Of a stretch of DNA of 64,000 nt, positions 55,512 through 64,000 are shown piece by piece. A model generated the notes under the pieces. The model saw only the letters and a program-made list of their open reading frames with translations, ran no database searches and was not told the origin of the DNA. Origin of the DNA: Alphaproteobacteria bacterium (GTDB taxonomy: Bacteria > Pseudomonadota > Alphaproteobacteria > Rs-D84); contig JAWPOE010000008.1 in the NCBI GenBank assembly GCA_033345195.1, positions 181,048-245,047 on the forward strand, written 5' to 3'. Every line of letters starts with the position of its first letter. Within the stretch, counting starts at the first letter, position 1. The position numbers were made by a program, and so were the translations under genes.

Positions 55512-58433
55512 ATGAGAAGTCAAAAAATCGCAAATTCTATCAAGAATGCAATGGGGACGGTGTTCCTGTTGGCGGGGGCGTTTTTTGTTTGTTCAACTTT
55601 ATTGTCAATGCGTGCGGTCTTGGCGGACCCAATCGCGCCGGTGTATGACACGGTTATGGCACCCCAGGCGACGGTTGCGGGTGCAACATCGCGTGCGTCA
55701 AATGGGCGTGCAACAACATCGCGTGCCAATCCGCGTGGTAATGGCGCAACATCGCGTACAACGGTTGCGCGGACCGCAACAAATGTAAGTAATTCACGTG
55801 CGACAACGGCGCGTAATGTATCGAATGCCCGTGCAACAACAAACGCGCGTGCGGTTTCAAATCGTGCGGTTGCGTCACGTGGTAATGTGACAACACGTGG
55901 GACGGTCACAACGCGTGCTAATACGCCAACGCGTAATGTTGTGTCGCGCGCTAATGCGGTAACAAATCGTGCAAATGCAACAAATACGCGTTCTGTGCGT
56001 GCGCGTACGGCAACAACAGATGCGGTGTCAAATGCGCGTATATCCCTGCAGGGCAGTGCAATTCGTGGCAGTAAATCAACCCCAACAACATCGTATTCAT
56101 ATTTGACCAGCAAATTGTATACCGGTAATTATTCAAATATTATTGATTCAACCACAGGTCTGATTTCGAACGAGGCATTTACAAACTGTATGGAATCATA
56201 TTATACATGTATGGACGAAATTTGTACGGCGCGTAATTCTGCCCAGCGTCGCTGTGCGTGTGCTGGTCGTGTCAAAGCATTTGCAGAGGCGGAAACAGCC
56301 CTGGAATCTGCAAATGAAGAATTGATAAAGGTGTCTGGTGAATTGGCGCTGTTGATTGCAAACAAGGGTAAAGATGTTTCTGATGCGTTCCAGTTGACAG
56401 AGGCAGAACAAGTTATGAACTGTGTTTCGTGGCAGGATGTCACAAATCAATATGGTGCAAATTCGGAAGAGGCGATTGAATGGTGCTATGCCCACGGGAT
56501 TTATGGTTCAAATGGGGCAAACCTAAGTACATGTTCAAAACCGTCTTATTGTACGTCATCTGGTAATAATTTTGGGTTTGATGTTTCAAACCTGGATGGC
56601 AGTGGTTCTGATATTATGGCGTCTTTGCAATCATGGGCAGATGCCAAGGAAAAAACACTGACAATTATGACAGATGATACAGTTTCTTTGACCAGTGCGT
56701 TTGATAATTTGTCATCTGTGGTCAGTGGAATGGCTGGGATTGATGGTGCGTTAACAAATGCCGAAGATTTAAAGGATTCCTTGGCGGAAACATGGGGATA
56801 TGAATTGTTTGAATATGCGCACAACAATGTTTGTGGTCGCGTGTTGGATTCTTGTTTTAATGGAATATATGAGGCATGTGGTACACCGCCATCTGGTGGA
56901 CGCAAATGTTCAAATGGTGCGTCACAATGTCCATATAATTATAACAGTACAATTACTGTAAACAATACTGGTACATACGAATTGAATTTTGTGACCGCCA
57001 GCAGTGGCTATACATCATCGAATTCTGCGTCTTGTTTTGGTTATGCATCGACATCTGGTGATCCGTATTCAAATTTGCGTGGGCCGGTTGCAGATGCGCG
57101 TCGCAGCATTATGCAAAAGTATGCGTTGGATGCAAATGCAGACTGTGATGCGTATGGTGAACAGTTGCGTACAACCGCGCAAAATATCGGTTATCAAAAG
57201 GTTGCCGCCCAACAGGCATTGCAGCAAAAACGTCTGGAATTTGCCCAGGAAGAAGAAGAAACAACATTGGCCGCTGCGATAGAGGCAGGTACAAACTTTA
57301 ACGAATGTCTAAGCGAGATTTATGATTGTTATGAAACGCAGTCTTCGTCAAATCCAAACTGGCCAGATGCGCGTATCAAGACATATTGCGCCCAGATTGC
57401 AAATGTTCCGCATTGCTATGAAGAAATGATTTGTAATCCATCTGTGTCAAAATTCAAGGCGGTTATTGATGACGCAGACAGCGCCCAGTGCAATAATACC
57501 CAGGATTATACAACCAATACATGTCGCAATATTGTGACATTGAATGAAATCTTGAATGGTACGGGTGCAGAATTTGGCGCAGGATTTGACCCACGAACCA
57601 GCACAGATTCTGTGGCAATACGTGAACAATGCTTGCGTGATGCAGGGGTCGAAGATATACGTGTATGGTCGACGGATGTTGCAACAAACGTTCGTTGTAC
57701 AGTTGCAGAAACAGCAGCGGTTGATAAGAATGCTGAGCTTGCATATCGTGACGCAAAAGGTGGCGAATGTATTGTTACGCGGTGTCATGCTGGATTTACG
57801 TTGGAAAATGGCAGATGCGTATCAAATGCGATTGATTGTACATCTGAAATAAAGCATGCAACCAAGGCCGCGCGTACGGTATCTGATGGTAAAATGAATA
57901 CATGTTATGTTTCAGAATGTGAAGAAAATTGGACGCCGAATGAAAATAAAACTGCGTGTGTGGGTGTGAAGCGCGCGTGTTCTGGGGTTGAATTATATGT
58001 GGTTGGTGCGCTATCTGGAACAACAACATGGGGTGAAGATGGTTGGGCGGCGTGTCTGCCAACAGCGTGTCCAAATAATACTGTAATGGAAAATGGACAG
58101 TGTTCAACGACCAAGGATTGTACAGCTGAAATAGAACATGCAACCAAGGCAGAAAAGAAATATGAATCTGGTGGTAACTGGGGTCTTTGTGTGGCAACAG
58201 CTTGTGAAAATGGTTATCATATTTCTGGTAATTGGTGTGTACAAGATTGTGAGCCAGGTTCGTATTTGCCCGCAGGAAGTGTGGAATGTAAGATCTGTCC
58301 AGCAGGCAGTTATTGTGCTGGTGGTAATTTTGATTATTCTGGATATGGCGATCAGGGCAAACAGTATTGTATGAACGGTTATACGTCTGCAACTGGTGCA
58401 GAAATTGAAGAGGATTGTTTTGTAAATTTGTAG
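55512..58433 (+). CDS. large secreted Cys-rich protein with R/T/A-rich N-terminal tract and repeated C-terminal Cys modules
   Basis: GGGAG RBS; signal anchor; SRA/TTR low-complexity tract; CM..YY.CMD.IC...RRCAC; C-terminal CEPGSY...CKICPAGSYC.GG (ephrin-receptor-like/GCC2-GCC3-like). Confidence 0.8.
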   Translation: MRSQKIANSIKNAMGTVFLLAGAFFVCSTLLSMRAVLADPIAPVYDTVMAPQATVAGATSRASNGRATTSRANPRGNGATSRTTVARTATNVSNSRATTARNVSNARATTNARAVSNRAVASRGNVTTRGTVTTRANTPTRNVVSRANAVTNRANATNTRSVRARTATTDAVSNARISLQGSAIRGSKSTPTTSYSYLTSKLYTGNYSNIIDSTTGLISNEAFTNCMESYYTCMDEICTARNSAQRRCACAGRVKAFAEAETALESANEELIKVSGELALLIANKGKDVSDAFQLTEAEQVMNCVSWQDVTNQYGANSEEAIEWCYAHGIYGSNGANLSTCSKPSYCTSSGNNFGFDVSNLDGSGSDIMASLQSWADAKEKTLTIMTDDTVSLTSAFDNLSSVVSGMAGIDGALTNAEDLKDSLAETWGYELFEYAHNNVCGRVLDSCFNGIYEACGTPPSGGRKCSNGASQCPYNYNSTITVNNTGTYELNFVTASSGYTSSNSASCFGYASTSGDPYSNLRGPVADARRSIMQKYALDANADCDAYGEQLRTTAQNIGYQKVAAQQALQQKRLEFAQEEEETTLAAAIEAGTNFNECLSEIYDCYETQSSSNPNWPDARIKTYCAQIANVPHCYEEMICNPSVSKFKAVIDDADSAQCNNTQDYTTNTCRNIVTLNEILNGTGAEFGAGFDPRTSTDSVAIREQCLRDAGVEDIRVWSTDVATNVRCTVAETAAVDKNAELAYRDAKGGECIVTRCHAGFTLENGRCVSNAIDCTSEIKHATKAARTVSDGKMNTCYVSECEENWTPNENKTACVGVKRACSGVELYVVGALSGTTTWGEDGWAACLPTACPNNTVMENGQCSTTKDCTAEIEHATKAEKKYESGGNWGLCVATACENGYHISGNWCVQDCEPGSYLPAGSVECKICPAGSYCAGGNFDYSGYGDQGKQYCMNGYTSATGAEIEEDCFVNL
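57834..58150 (+). repeat. intragenic duplication with 282-bp period
   Basis: GATTGTACA(T/G)CTGAAATA(AAG/GAA)CATGCAACCAAGGC at 57834-57868 and 58116-58150. Confidence 0.8.
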
Positions 58434-58441
58434 CCTGATCA

Positions 58442-58780
58442 GTGTGTATATTTTCTTATGGTTCTGTTTCGGTGGGTGATTGTGCGCAGGCGTGTATCGA
58501 TGGGCCATCACAATATAATTCTAGGCTGGGTGCCACTTTGGCAAATGCTGGGATTTGTGGCCATAGCTATTTCCCTGGTGGCAGGTATGGTTATGTGTCA
58601 GAGCCGTTTAATGGTGTGGAAACGTGTGGTAGCAAAGTTCCATCATTAGATTATGTCACAGGCTGTGTTGATGCGCAAGAGGCGTGCGTCCAGTCTGGCG
58701 GTGGGTGGATTTCCAGTTCTAGGGAATGTCATTGTCCAACGGGAAAGACCCTGATTAATGGCTGGTGCAGAGCGGATTAA
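58442..58780 (+). pseudogene. orphan or detached Cys-rich C-terminal module
   Basis: No ATG, RBS or signal peptide; begins 8 bp after the TAG. CVQSGGGW...CHCPTGK resembles a module in 51497-53911. Confidence 0.45.
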
Positions 58781-58803
58781 AAATCCCCCGTTTGGGGGAT
58801 TTT
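58779..58803 (+). terminator. intrinsic terminator
   Basis: AAAATCCCCC-GTTT-GGGGGATTTT. Confidence 0.8.
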
Positions 58804-58893
58804 AAATTTCTGGAAACTTAGGCAAATGGGGCAATTTATTCTTTTTTATATAATCTTTTTGTGATATAATTTTAGCAAAAGGAGAATTATACA

Positions 58894-60168
58894 ATGATGA
58901 AAAAATTATCTTTGTTTGCCGTGCTGGCGGTTGTTGTATTGCCGGCGGTGGCTGATACAAATTGGGGAACGCGTGCCGGTTCCAGTGCAGATTTATCAAG
59001 TGCGCCTGCAACACGTACACGTCAAAATGTTAACTATGAAAAATATCAAACACGTACGTTGACCAAGACATATGAATCAAAAGATGCAGGGGATTTGTAT
59101 TACATAAAGCCACAAAATCGCAGTGCGCTGTATAAACAGTATGAAGGGGCAAATTCATCGTCCGCGCGTGCAATGAAAACAACATCACGTACATCACGTT
59201 CTGAACAGTTTACAAGCCGTATGAAACGTAAGTATTATTTGGCGCATCCGTTCTTTCAACCATTACAGGGAAAGTTTGGTTCGATTACAGATGTATCATA
59301 TACCGATACAGGTTATGATATAACATTGCCAAATACCAATTCTGGGATTTATGATTCGGCTGGAACAGCGCTTTCTTTCAATGGCGTGACGGGCAGTTGG
59401 GACGCATCAACTGTCATAGTCAAGGAAGATTTTAGTTATGGTATTACAGACCGTATCGCATTGGTCGCAATGGCACAATATGATAAAAGTGATTATGAAT
59501 TCAAGTGGGACGATGGGGCGCCGTCTGATAAAATGGATGATGATGGTTTGAATCTGTTTGGTATCGGTGGTCAGTGGCGTTTCGTTGATAACACAGAATG
59601 GATTGGGACTGTGGCTGCCTATTATCAGCATCAAAAAGATACCTCAAATAATCTGTTGTTAGAATTAAAGGGTGGGTACAAGGTTTCAAGATCAACCATC
59701 TATGCATTGGCGCGTGGTTGGTATCTGGACTTTGATGGCGATATTTATGGAAACGGTGTCAGTGGCAAGGATGCAAACGGTTATGATTCTGTGTTGTTGT
59801 TGGCATATGGTGACGAAGGTGACACCATGTATCTGGAAGCGGGCCTGGGCGTATTCAGTGTTTTGAACGAAGATTGGACATTGAATGTCGAAGGTGTATT
59901 TGGTGACTATGACTGGTTCAACCAGGCAACGATTAAGGGTGCAATTGGTTGGCAGCCAAATGACTGGTTTGCGTTGAATCTGTATGCGCGTGCATCGATA
60001 TACAGTGGTGCAGATGGTAAGGAATTGGATACGTATTTCTGGCGCGCAGATTCTTATTTAGATGATGCAGGTGAAGAACCTTTAACTGGCTTATGGCCTA
60101 TTGGTAAAACAGAAATAGATAAATATTCTGAATATTCAATCGGTGCACAGGTTATATTCCAGTTTTAG
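58894..60168 (+). CDS. outer-membrane beta-barrel protein
   Basis: AGGAG RBS, signal peptide, amphipathic strands, terminal QVIFQF. Confidence 0.8.
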   Translation: MMKKLSLFAVLAVVVLPAVADTNWGTRAGSSADLSSAPATRTRQNVNYEKYQTRTLTKTYESKDAGDLYYIKPQNRSALYKQYEGANSSSARAMKTTSRTSRSEQFTSRMKRKYYLAHPFFQPLQGKFGSITDVSYTDTGYDITLPNTNSGIYDSAGTALSFNGVTGSWDASTVIVKEDFSYGITDRIALVAMAQYDKSDYEFKWDDGAPSDKMDDDGLNLFGIGGQWRFVDNTEWIGTVAAYYQHQKDTSNNLLLELKGGYKVSRSTIYALARGWYLDFDGDIYGNGVSGKDANGYDSVLLLAYGDEGDTMYLEAGLGVFSVLNEDWTLNVEGVFGDYDWFNQATIKGAIGWQPNDWFALNLYARASIYSGADGKELDTYFWRADSYLDDAGEEPLTGLWPIGKTEIDKYSEYSIGAQVIFQF

Positions 60169-60234
60169 TTAATTGGAAAAATTATTGTTGCCCCCATTAT
60201 CGGGGGCAATGTGTCTGAAATAAGGGGGGATTTT

Positions 60235-60966
60235 ATGCGTAAATTTTTATCTGTCTTTATGTTGATTTGTTTGTTTGCGGCGCCGTCATTCGCAAATGAT
60301 TTGGCGCGCGATACATCAGACCCATTGTTCTTGGAACAAGATAATGAAATCTTTACAAAAACATCTTTGACATATTGGGATCACATTTTGCGTGGCGGGC
60401 AATCTGTATCTTATGGTTTAAACGACAGATTAAGTATTGGTGCAAATGTTCATTATCAGCACGATTTTAATGGTGACGAGGATGGTTTTTCTGCAATTGA
60501 CTTGGGTGGCGTTTATCGTATGGGGTTGGCGGAAAATAATGATGCGCATGTAATCTCTGACGTATTGTTTGGATTTAAATTTGGTGGCAGTTCACAGGTG
60601 CGTACCCCAGATTATGCAGATTCAACGTATTATGTCGGGTTGCGTATCGGTCGTCAGTGGACAGGTATGACATTATCTGCAACAGTAAAATCAACATGGG
60701 TTTTTGATGATGAACGTGGCGTTGCGTTCTTGGACTTTACCCCAGAATCTTATTTCCGCATTGCGCCAGATTGGCGTATCGGTGCCGGATTTACAATTCG
60801 CAAGGCAACACACAAAGACCCAATTTATCATACCGACTATGACCAGGAATGGTTGCATTTTAAATTGGTTCGTCAATATGGGCGCACCCAATACATTGGA
60901 CATGTTGACTATGAATTTGAATCAGATGATGCCCAGGTTGGTGCGCGCGTCAATATTCTATTCTAA
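60235..60966 (+). CDS. outer-membrane beta-barrel protein, paralogous to the upstream gene
   Basis: Signal peptide ending SFA; DPLF/HPFF and SYG..DR motifs shared with the upstream gene; terminal VNILF. Confidence 0.8.
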   Translation: MRKFLSVFMLICLFAAPSFANDLARDTSDPLFLEQDNEIFTKTSLTYWDHILRGGQSVSYGLNDRLSIGANVHYQHDFNGDEDGFSAIDLGGVYRMGLAENNDAHVISDVLFGFKFGGSSQVRTPDYADSTYYVGLRIGRQWTGMTLSATVKSTWVFDDERGVAFLDFTPESYFRIAPDWRIGAGFTIRKATHKDPIYHTDYDQEWLHFKLVRQYGRTQYIGHVDYEFESDDAQVGARVNILF

Positions 60967-61073
60967 AAAATTAAATATAATAATTCATCTATAACCAAAA
61001 ACACCGGCTCATGTAGCGTCTGTACACTACGCCGGTGTTTTTGGTTGTATCTAAATCATTCTATTTAATTTTT
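60964..61073 (+). repeat. fixed-geometry hairpin element, copy C1
   Basis: Same outer flanks and core as B1; arms 60991-61008 and 61031-61048 have a different sequence. Confidence 0.88.
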
Positions 61074-61170
61074 CGCATGGCAAGGGGTGTGGTGGCGCCG
61101 GCTCATGTAGCGTCTGTACACTACGCCATTTCCAACCCGTTTATCTATATCATTATCTTTTATTTTTTTA
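61074..61170 (+). repeat. hairpin element copy C2 (arms unpaired)
   Basis: CGCATGGCAAGGGGTGTGG (also at 21003-21021), core at 61103-61124, then GCCATTTCCAACCCGTTT-ATCTA. Confidence 0.75.
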
Positions 61171-61191
61171 CTGCAAGGAGGTGGGGTGACT

Positions 61192-62463
61192 TTAATCTTT
61201 GTTATTAATTTTTCCGCGTAAGTTGTCCCAATAATCTAAACGCTTTTTTATTTCGCGTTCAAAGCCACGCTCAATTGGATAATAGAATTTTTGACGCCCC
61301 ATACTTTCTGGGAAACAGTTTTGACCAGAAAAACCATTCGGTGTGTCCGGGTCATATATATAACCGGCATTATATCCCATGTCGCGCATCATTTTTGTCG
61401 GTGCGTTTAAGATGTTTTTTGGGGGTGGAACGCTGCCTGTTTCACGGGCGGCGGCGTATGCGGCCTTTTGTGCCTTGTAATTTCCGACGCTTTTTGGTGC
61501 CGTCCCCAGATATATAACCAATTCTGTTAACGCCAAGTCTCCTTCGGGACTGCCCAGTCTTTCGTAAACCTGCCATGCAGAAATTGCCATGTGCATTGCG
61601 TTGGGATCAGCCAGTCCAATGTCTTCGACGGCAAATCGTGTCAAACGACGAAAAATATACATTGGATCTTGTCCTGATGTCATCATGCGTGCAACCCAAT
61701 AAAGCGCCGCGTCTGTATCGCTGGCACGCAGGGATTTATGAACCGCAGATATTAAATTATAATGTTCGTCGCCATGCTTGTCAGACATGGGTGCCCGCTT
61801 GTGTACGGCGGAAATCAACGTATGCGCCGTTAATGGTGTTTTAAAATTTGCATTAATAAGGTATTCAACAGTATTTAATAAAAAGCGTGCGTCACCATCG
61901 GACATCTGGGCCAACAGTATGCGTGCATCGCTGTCCAATGGCAGTTTTTTGTTTAAAAATTCTTCGGCACGCGACATCAGTGTTAATAAATCTTCACTGG
62001 CCAATGGTTGCAAAACACCAATGTGACAACGTGATAATAATGCGTTATTCAAATTAAAACTGGGGTTTTCGGTTGTTGCGCCCATAAATACGACCGTGCC
62101 ATCTTCTAAATATGGTAACAGGGTATCTTGTTGCGTTTTATTAAAGCGATGAATTTCGTCGATAAACAACAAAGTGTTGCGACCAATGTCGCGGTTCATA
62201 CGCGCGGCATCCATTGCCTTTTTTATGTCTGCGGTGCCAGAAAATACTGCGGACATCGGAACAAAGTCCATATCAACAGAATTTGCCAATGCGCGCGCAA
62301 TTGTTGTCTTGCCACAGCCCGGGGGACCCCATAAAATCAAATTAGATAACTTTTTATTATCGACCATGCGACGAACCAGACCGTTTTCGCCCAATAATGT
62401 TGTTTGCCCCACGACATCATCAATCGTGTTCGGGCGCATTAAATCGGCAAGTGGTCGTGTCAT
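61192..62463 (-). CDS. rarA: replication-associated recombination protein A (AAA+)
   Basis: PLAD.MRP, WGPPGCGKTT, FIDEIHRFNK.QQD, GATTENPSF, EDIGLADP.A, G.PEG.LAL. Confidence 0.96.
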   Translation of the reverse strand: MTRPLADLMRPNTIDDVVGQTTLLGENGLVRRMVDNKKLSNLILWGPPGCGKTTIARALANSVDMDFVPMSAVFSGTADIKKAMDAARMNRDIGRNTLLFIDEIHRFNKTQQDTLLPYLEDGTVVFMGATTENPSFNLNNALLSRCHIGVLQPLASEDLLTLMSRAEEFLNKKLPLDSDARILLAQMSDGDARFLLNTVEYLINANFKTPLTAHTLISAVHKRAPMSDKHGDEHYNLISAVHKSLRASDTDAALYWVARMMTSGQDPMYIFRRLTRFAVEDIGLADPNAMHMAISAWQVYERLGSPEGDLALTELVIYLGTAPKSVGNYKAQKAAYAAARETGSVPPPKNILNAPTKMMRDMGYNAGYIYDPDTPNGFSGQNCFPESMGRQKFYYPIERGFEREIKKRLDYWDNLRGKINNKD

Positions 62464-62646
62464 TTCTGTGGCTTTTATTTAGTGTTATTTTATGATATAA
62501 TTATCTTATTAAATTATAAGGGAATTGGCAAGTTGGTAAAGAAAAATCTGAACTGATGTGGTTGGTTGTCATGTGGGGTGTGGCGTCGGCATATATATGC
62601 CAAGCCTTTAAAAATTATATATAACTGTAATAAGGGAGAAAATAAA

Positions 62647-63852
62647 ATGCCAATAAAAAAATCGATTTCAAAAGAACAACTGGCGTGTTGGTTGCTTATG
62701 GCCAGTGTTTTGTTGGGTGGCAGTGGGCTGCTTGAAAAAAATAATGAATATCCCGACGAAGGGGCAGGGAAAATAGCACGTGTTGAAAATAAAAAAATAC
62801 AAAAAGATACGATTGCACGGGCAGAAATAAAAACAGTTAATCCAGATTCTGAAAATTTTGTGGATTCTTTGTTGGCAGAATGTTGGCCAGAGATAGCCGT
62901 CGGTTTGACGGAATTTGAGACATATCGTGCGGTGTCAAAACGCCATGGTTCAGAACGACGCGAAACAAATGGCTTGGGATGCACCTATCATTATAGATAT
63001 GATAAAAATGGTGTTTTGCGACAGTATCCAAATATACTTGGCCAGACAAAAAGATGGTCCAAAGATAAAAATTATGAACAATGTAAACTGTATCTGGAAT
63101 ATGCGTTGTTGCCAAAGTTGCAAAAGGCATTGAAGGGTAAACAAAATATAAACGTGCGACAGATAATTGCAATTTTGTGGTCAGGATATCAGCGACCAGC
63201 AGAAATGGATGATATTGCGCAACGTATATCTGATGCAAAAGATATGCAACAGATTGCAGATGCATTCGCGTATACGTCTGTTAGAGCTAAATGGCGTACT
63301 GGCACATTAAAGCGTCGGTGGTGGTGCGCGGCCTATGCAGTTGGATTGATTAGTACTAATGATTTCTTGTCACTAAATCCAGATGGATTTGCAGAAATTA
63401 AGTTGAATGACGTTTATAAAAACGGGCACTTTTTGCTAGATACCGAGACTGTGGCGTATGCTATGAAAAAAGCAGGAACAAGGGAAGGGACGGTTGGAGA
63501 GTTTTTGGCTGATTTTTCAGAAGGTAAAAAAATATTAACTTTTGTAAAAACGTCCGTGTTTGAAATTGAAAACAAAGATATTGCTAAGAATAAAGCAGAA
63601 ATAAAATCAAAGGGATTGTTGAATGATAAAAATAATCTTGTCGCCAAGAATCATTTAGCATCGACGTCGTCAGAAAATGCTATCAATTATAAAAAGGCAA
63701 TAAATAATCTGAAATTAAAAACGCCTAAGGGAAAATCAAATAGTTCAACACGTTATTTGGCGTATAAAAAAGGTGTTGGTTATATAAGACAAGAAAGAGA
63801 TAAAAAAAGTATATTGCTAGACAAAAGAAAAAATAACGAAGGCATATCATAG
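62647..63852 (+). CDS. exported GH24-like muramidase paralog with basic C-terminal tail
   Basis: GGGAG RBS; hydrophobic leader; TEFETYRA...ETNGLG.T; RRWWCAAY..G.IS..DFL.L parallels NRMYFFAAL...ISFSDLLNL in 1611-2669. Confidence 0.5.
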   Translation: MPIKKSISKEQLACWLLMASVLLGGSGLLEKNNEYPDEGAGKIARVENKKIQKDTIARAEIKTVNPDSENFVDSLLAECWPEIAVGLTEFETYRAVSKRHGSERRETNGLGCTYHYRYDKNGVLRQYPNILGQTKRWSKDKNYEQCKLYLEYALLPKLQKALKGKQNINVRQIIAILWSGYQRPAEMDDIAQRISDAKDMQQIADAFAYTSVRAKWRTGTLKRRWWCAAYAVGLISTNDFLSLNPDGFAEIKLNDVYKNGHFLLDTETVAYAMKKAGTREGTVGEFLADFSEGKKILTFVKTSVFEIENKDIAKNKAEIKSKGLLNDKNNLVAKNHLASTSSENAINYKKAINNLKLKTPKGKSNSSTRYLAYKKGVGYIRQERDKKSILLDKRKNNEGIS

Positions 63853-63861
63853 GGGTTGGGT

Positions 63862-64000
63862 ATGAAGGTATATATTGATGTACATGATAAACGTTGGAAT
63901 AAGTATAAGATAGATTTTGATAAAATCGTCTGTACGGCGGTTTCTGGCGTATACAAGGATTCAGAAGTTTCGATTGTTTTGACAAATGACAAAGAAATTC
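63862..64000 (+). CDS. ybeY: rRNA maturation endoribonuclease YbeY (3'-partial)
   Basis: Manual translation MKVYIDVHDKRW...SEVSIVLTNDKEI matches the YbeY N-terminal EVSI.L.DD..I motif. Runs off the window. Confidence 0.6.
   Translation, partial: MKVYIDVHDKRWNKYKIDFDKIVCTAVSGVYKDSEVSIVLTNDKEI

Overview
64-kb stretch of a compact, AT-rich (roughly 40% GC by eye) diderm bacterial chromosome. Gene content (AddB, alpha-type J-domain protein, secB/mltA/DciA, divergent lpoA/rsmI) points to a genome-reduced Alphaproteobacterium; an uncultured host-associated lineage such as Rs-D84 is my inference only. It is mostly housekeeping genes: aspS, uvrB, tsaE, ftsQ, ftsA, lolCE/lolD, rsmI, engB, addB, recA, secB, mltA, ruvC, xerD, lptG-like, greA, mutL, yajC-secD-secF, ftsK, rarA and partial ybeY. 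It also has four tRNAs (Met, Thr, Gly, Tyr), a surface-glycan cluster, two PagL-like deacylases, several outer-membrane barrels and two groups of lineage-specific secreted Cys-rich proteins. The most notable signals are: (1) a T-box riboswitch-like leader with an ultrashort Stem I upstream of a non-discriminating aspS; (2) a dispersed hairpin family with fixed geometry (ATCT, 18-nt arm, conserved 22-23-nt core, 18-nt arm, ATCTA) whose arms differ completely between copies, sitting on stop codons, with an apparent empty site; (3) structured elements behind three tRNAs, two re-creating the tRNA 3' end and one leading into a small GIY-YIG nuclease; (4) an in-frame FtsA-Rpe fusion; (5) modular Cys-rich secreted proteins whose C-terminal parts have different codon usage; (6) two divergent GH24-like exported muramidases, an orphan secretin-like lipoprotein and an S41 pseudo-protease. 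No CRISPR array, rRNA, transposase or prophage was seen.
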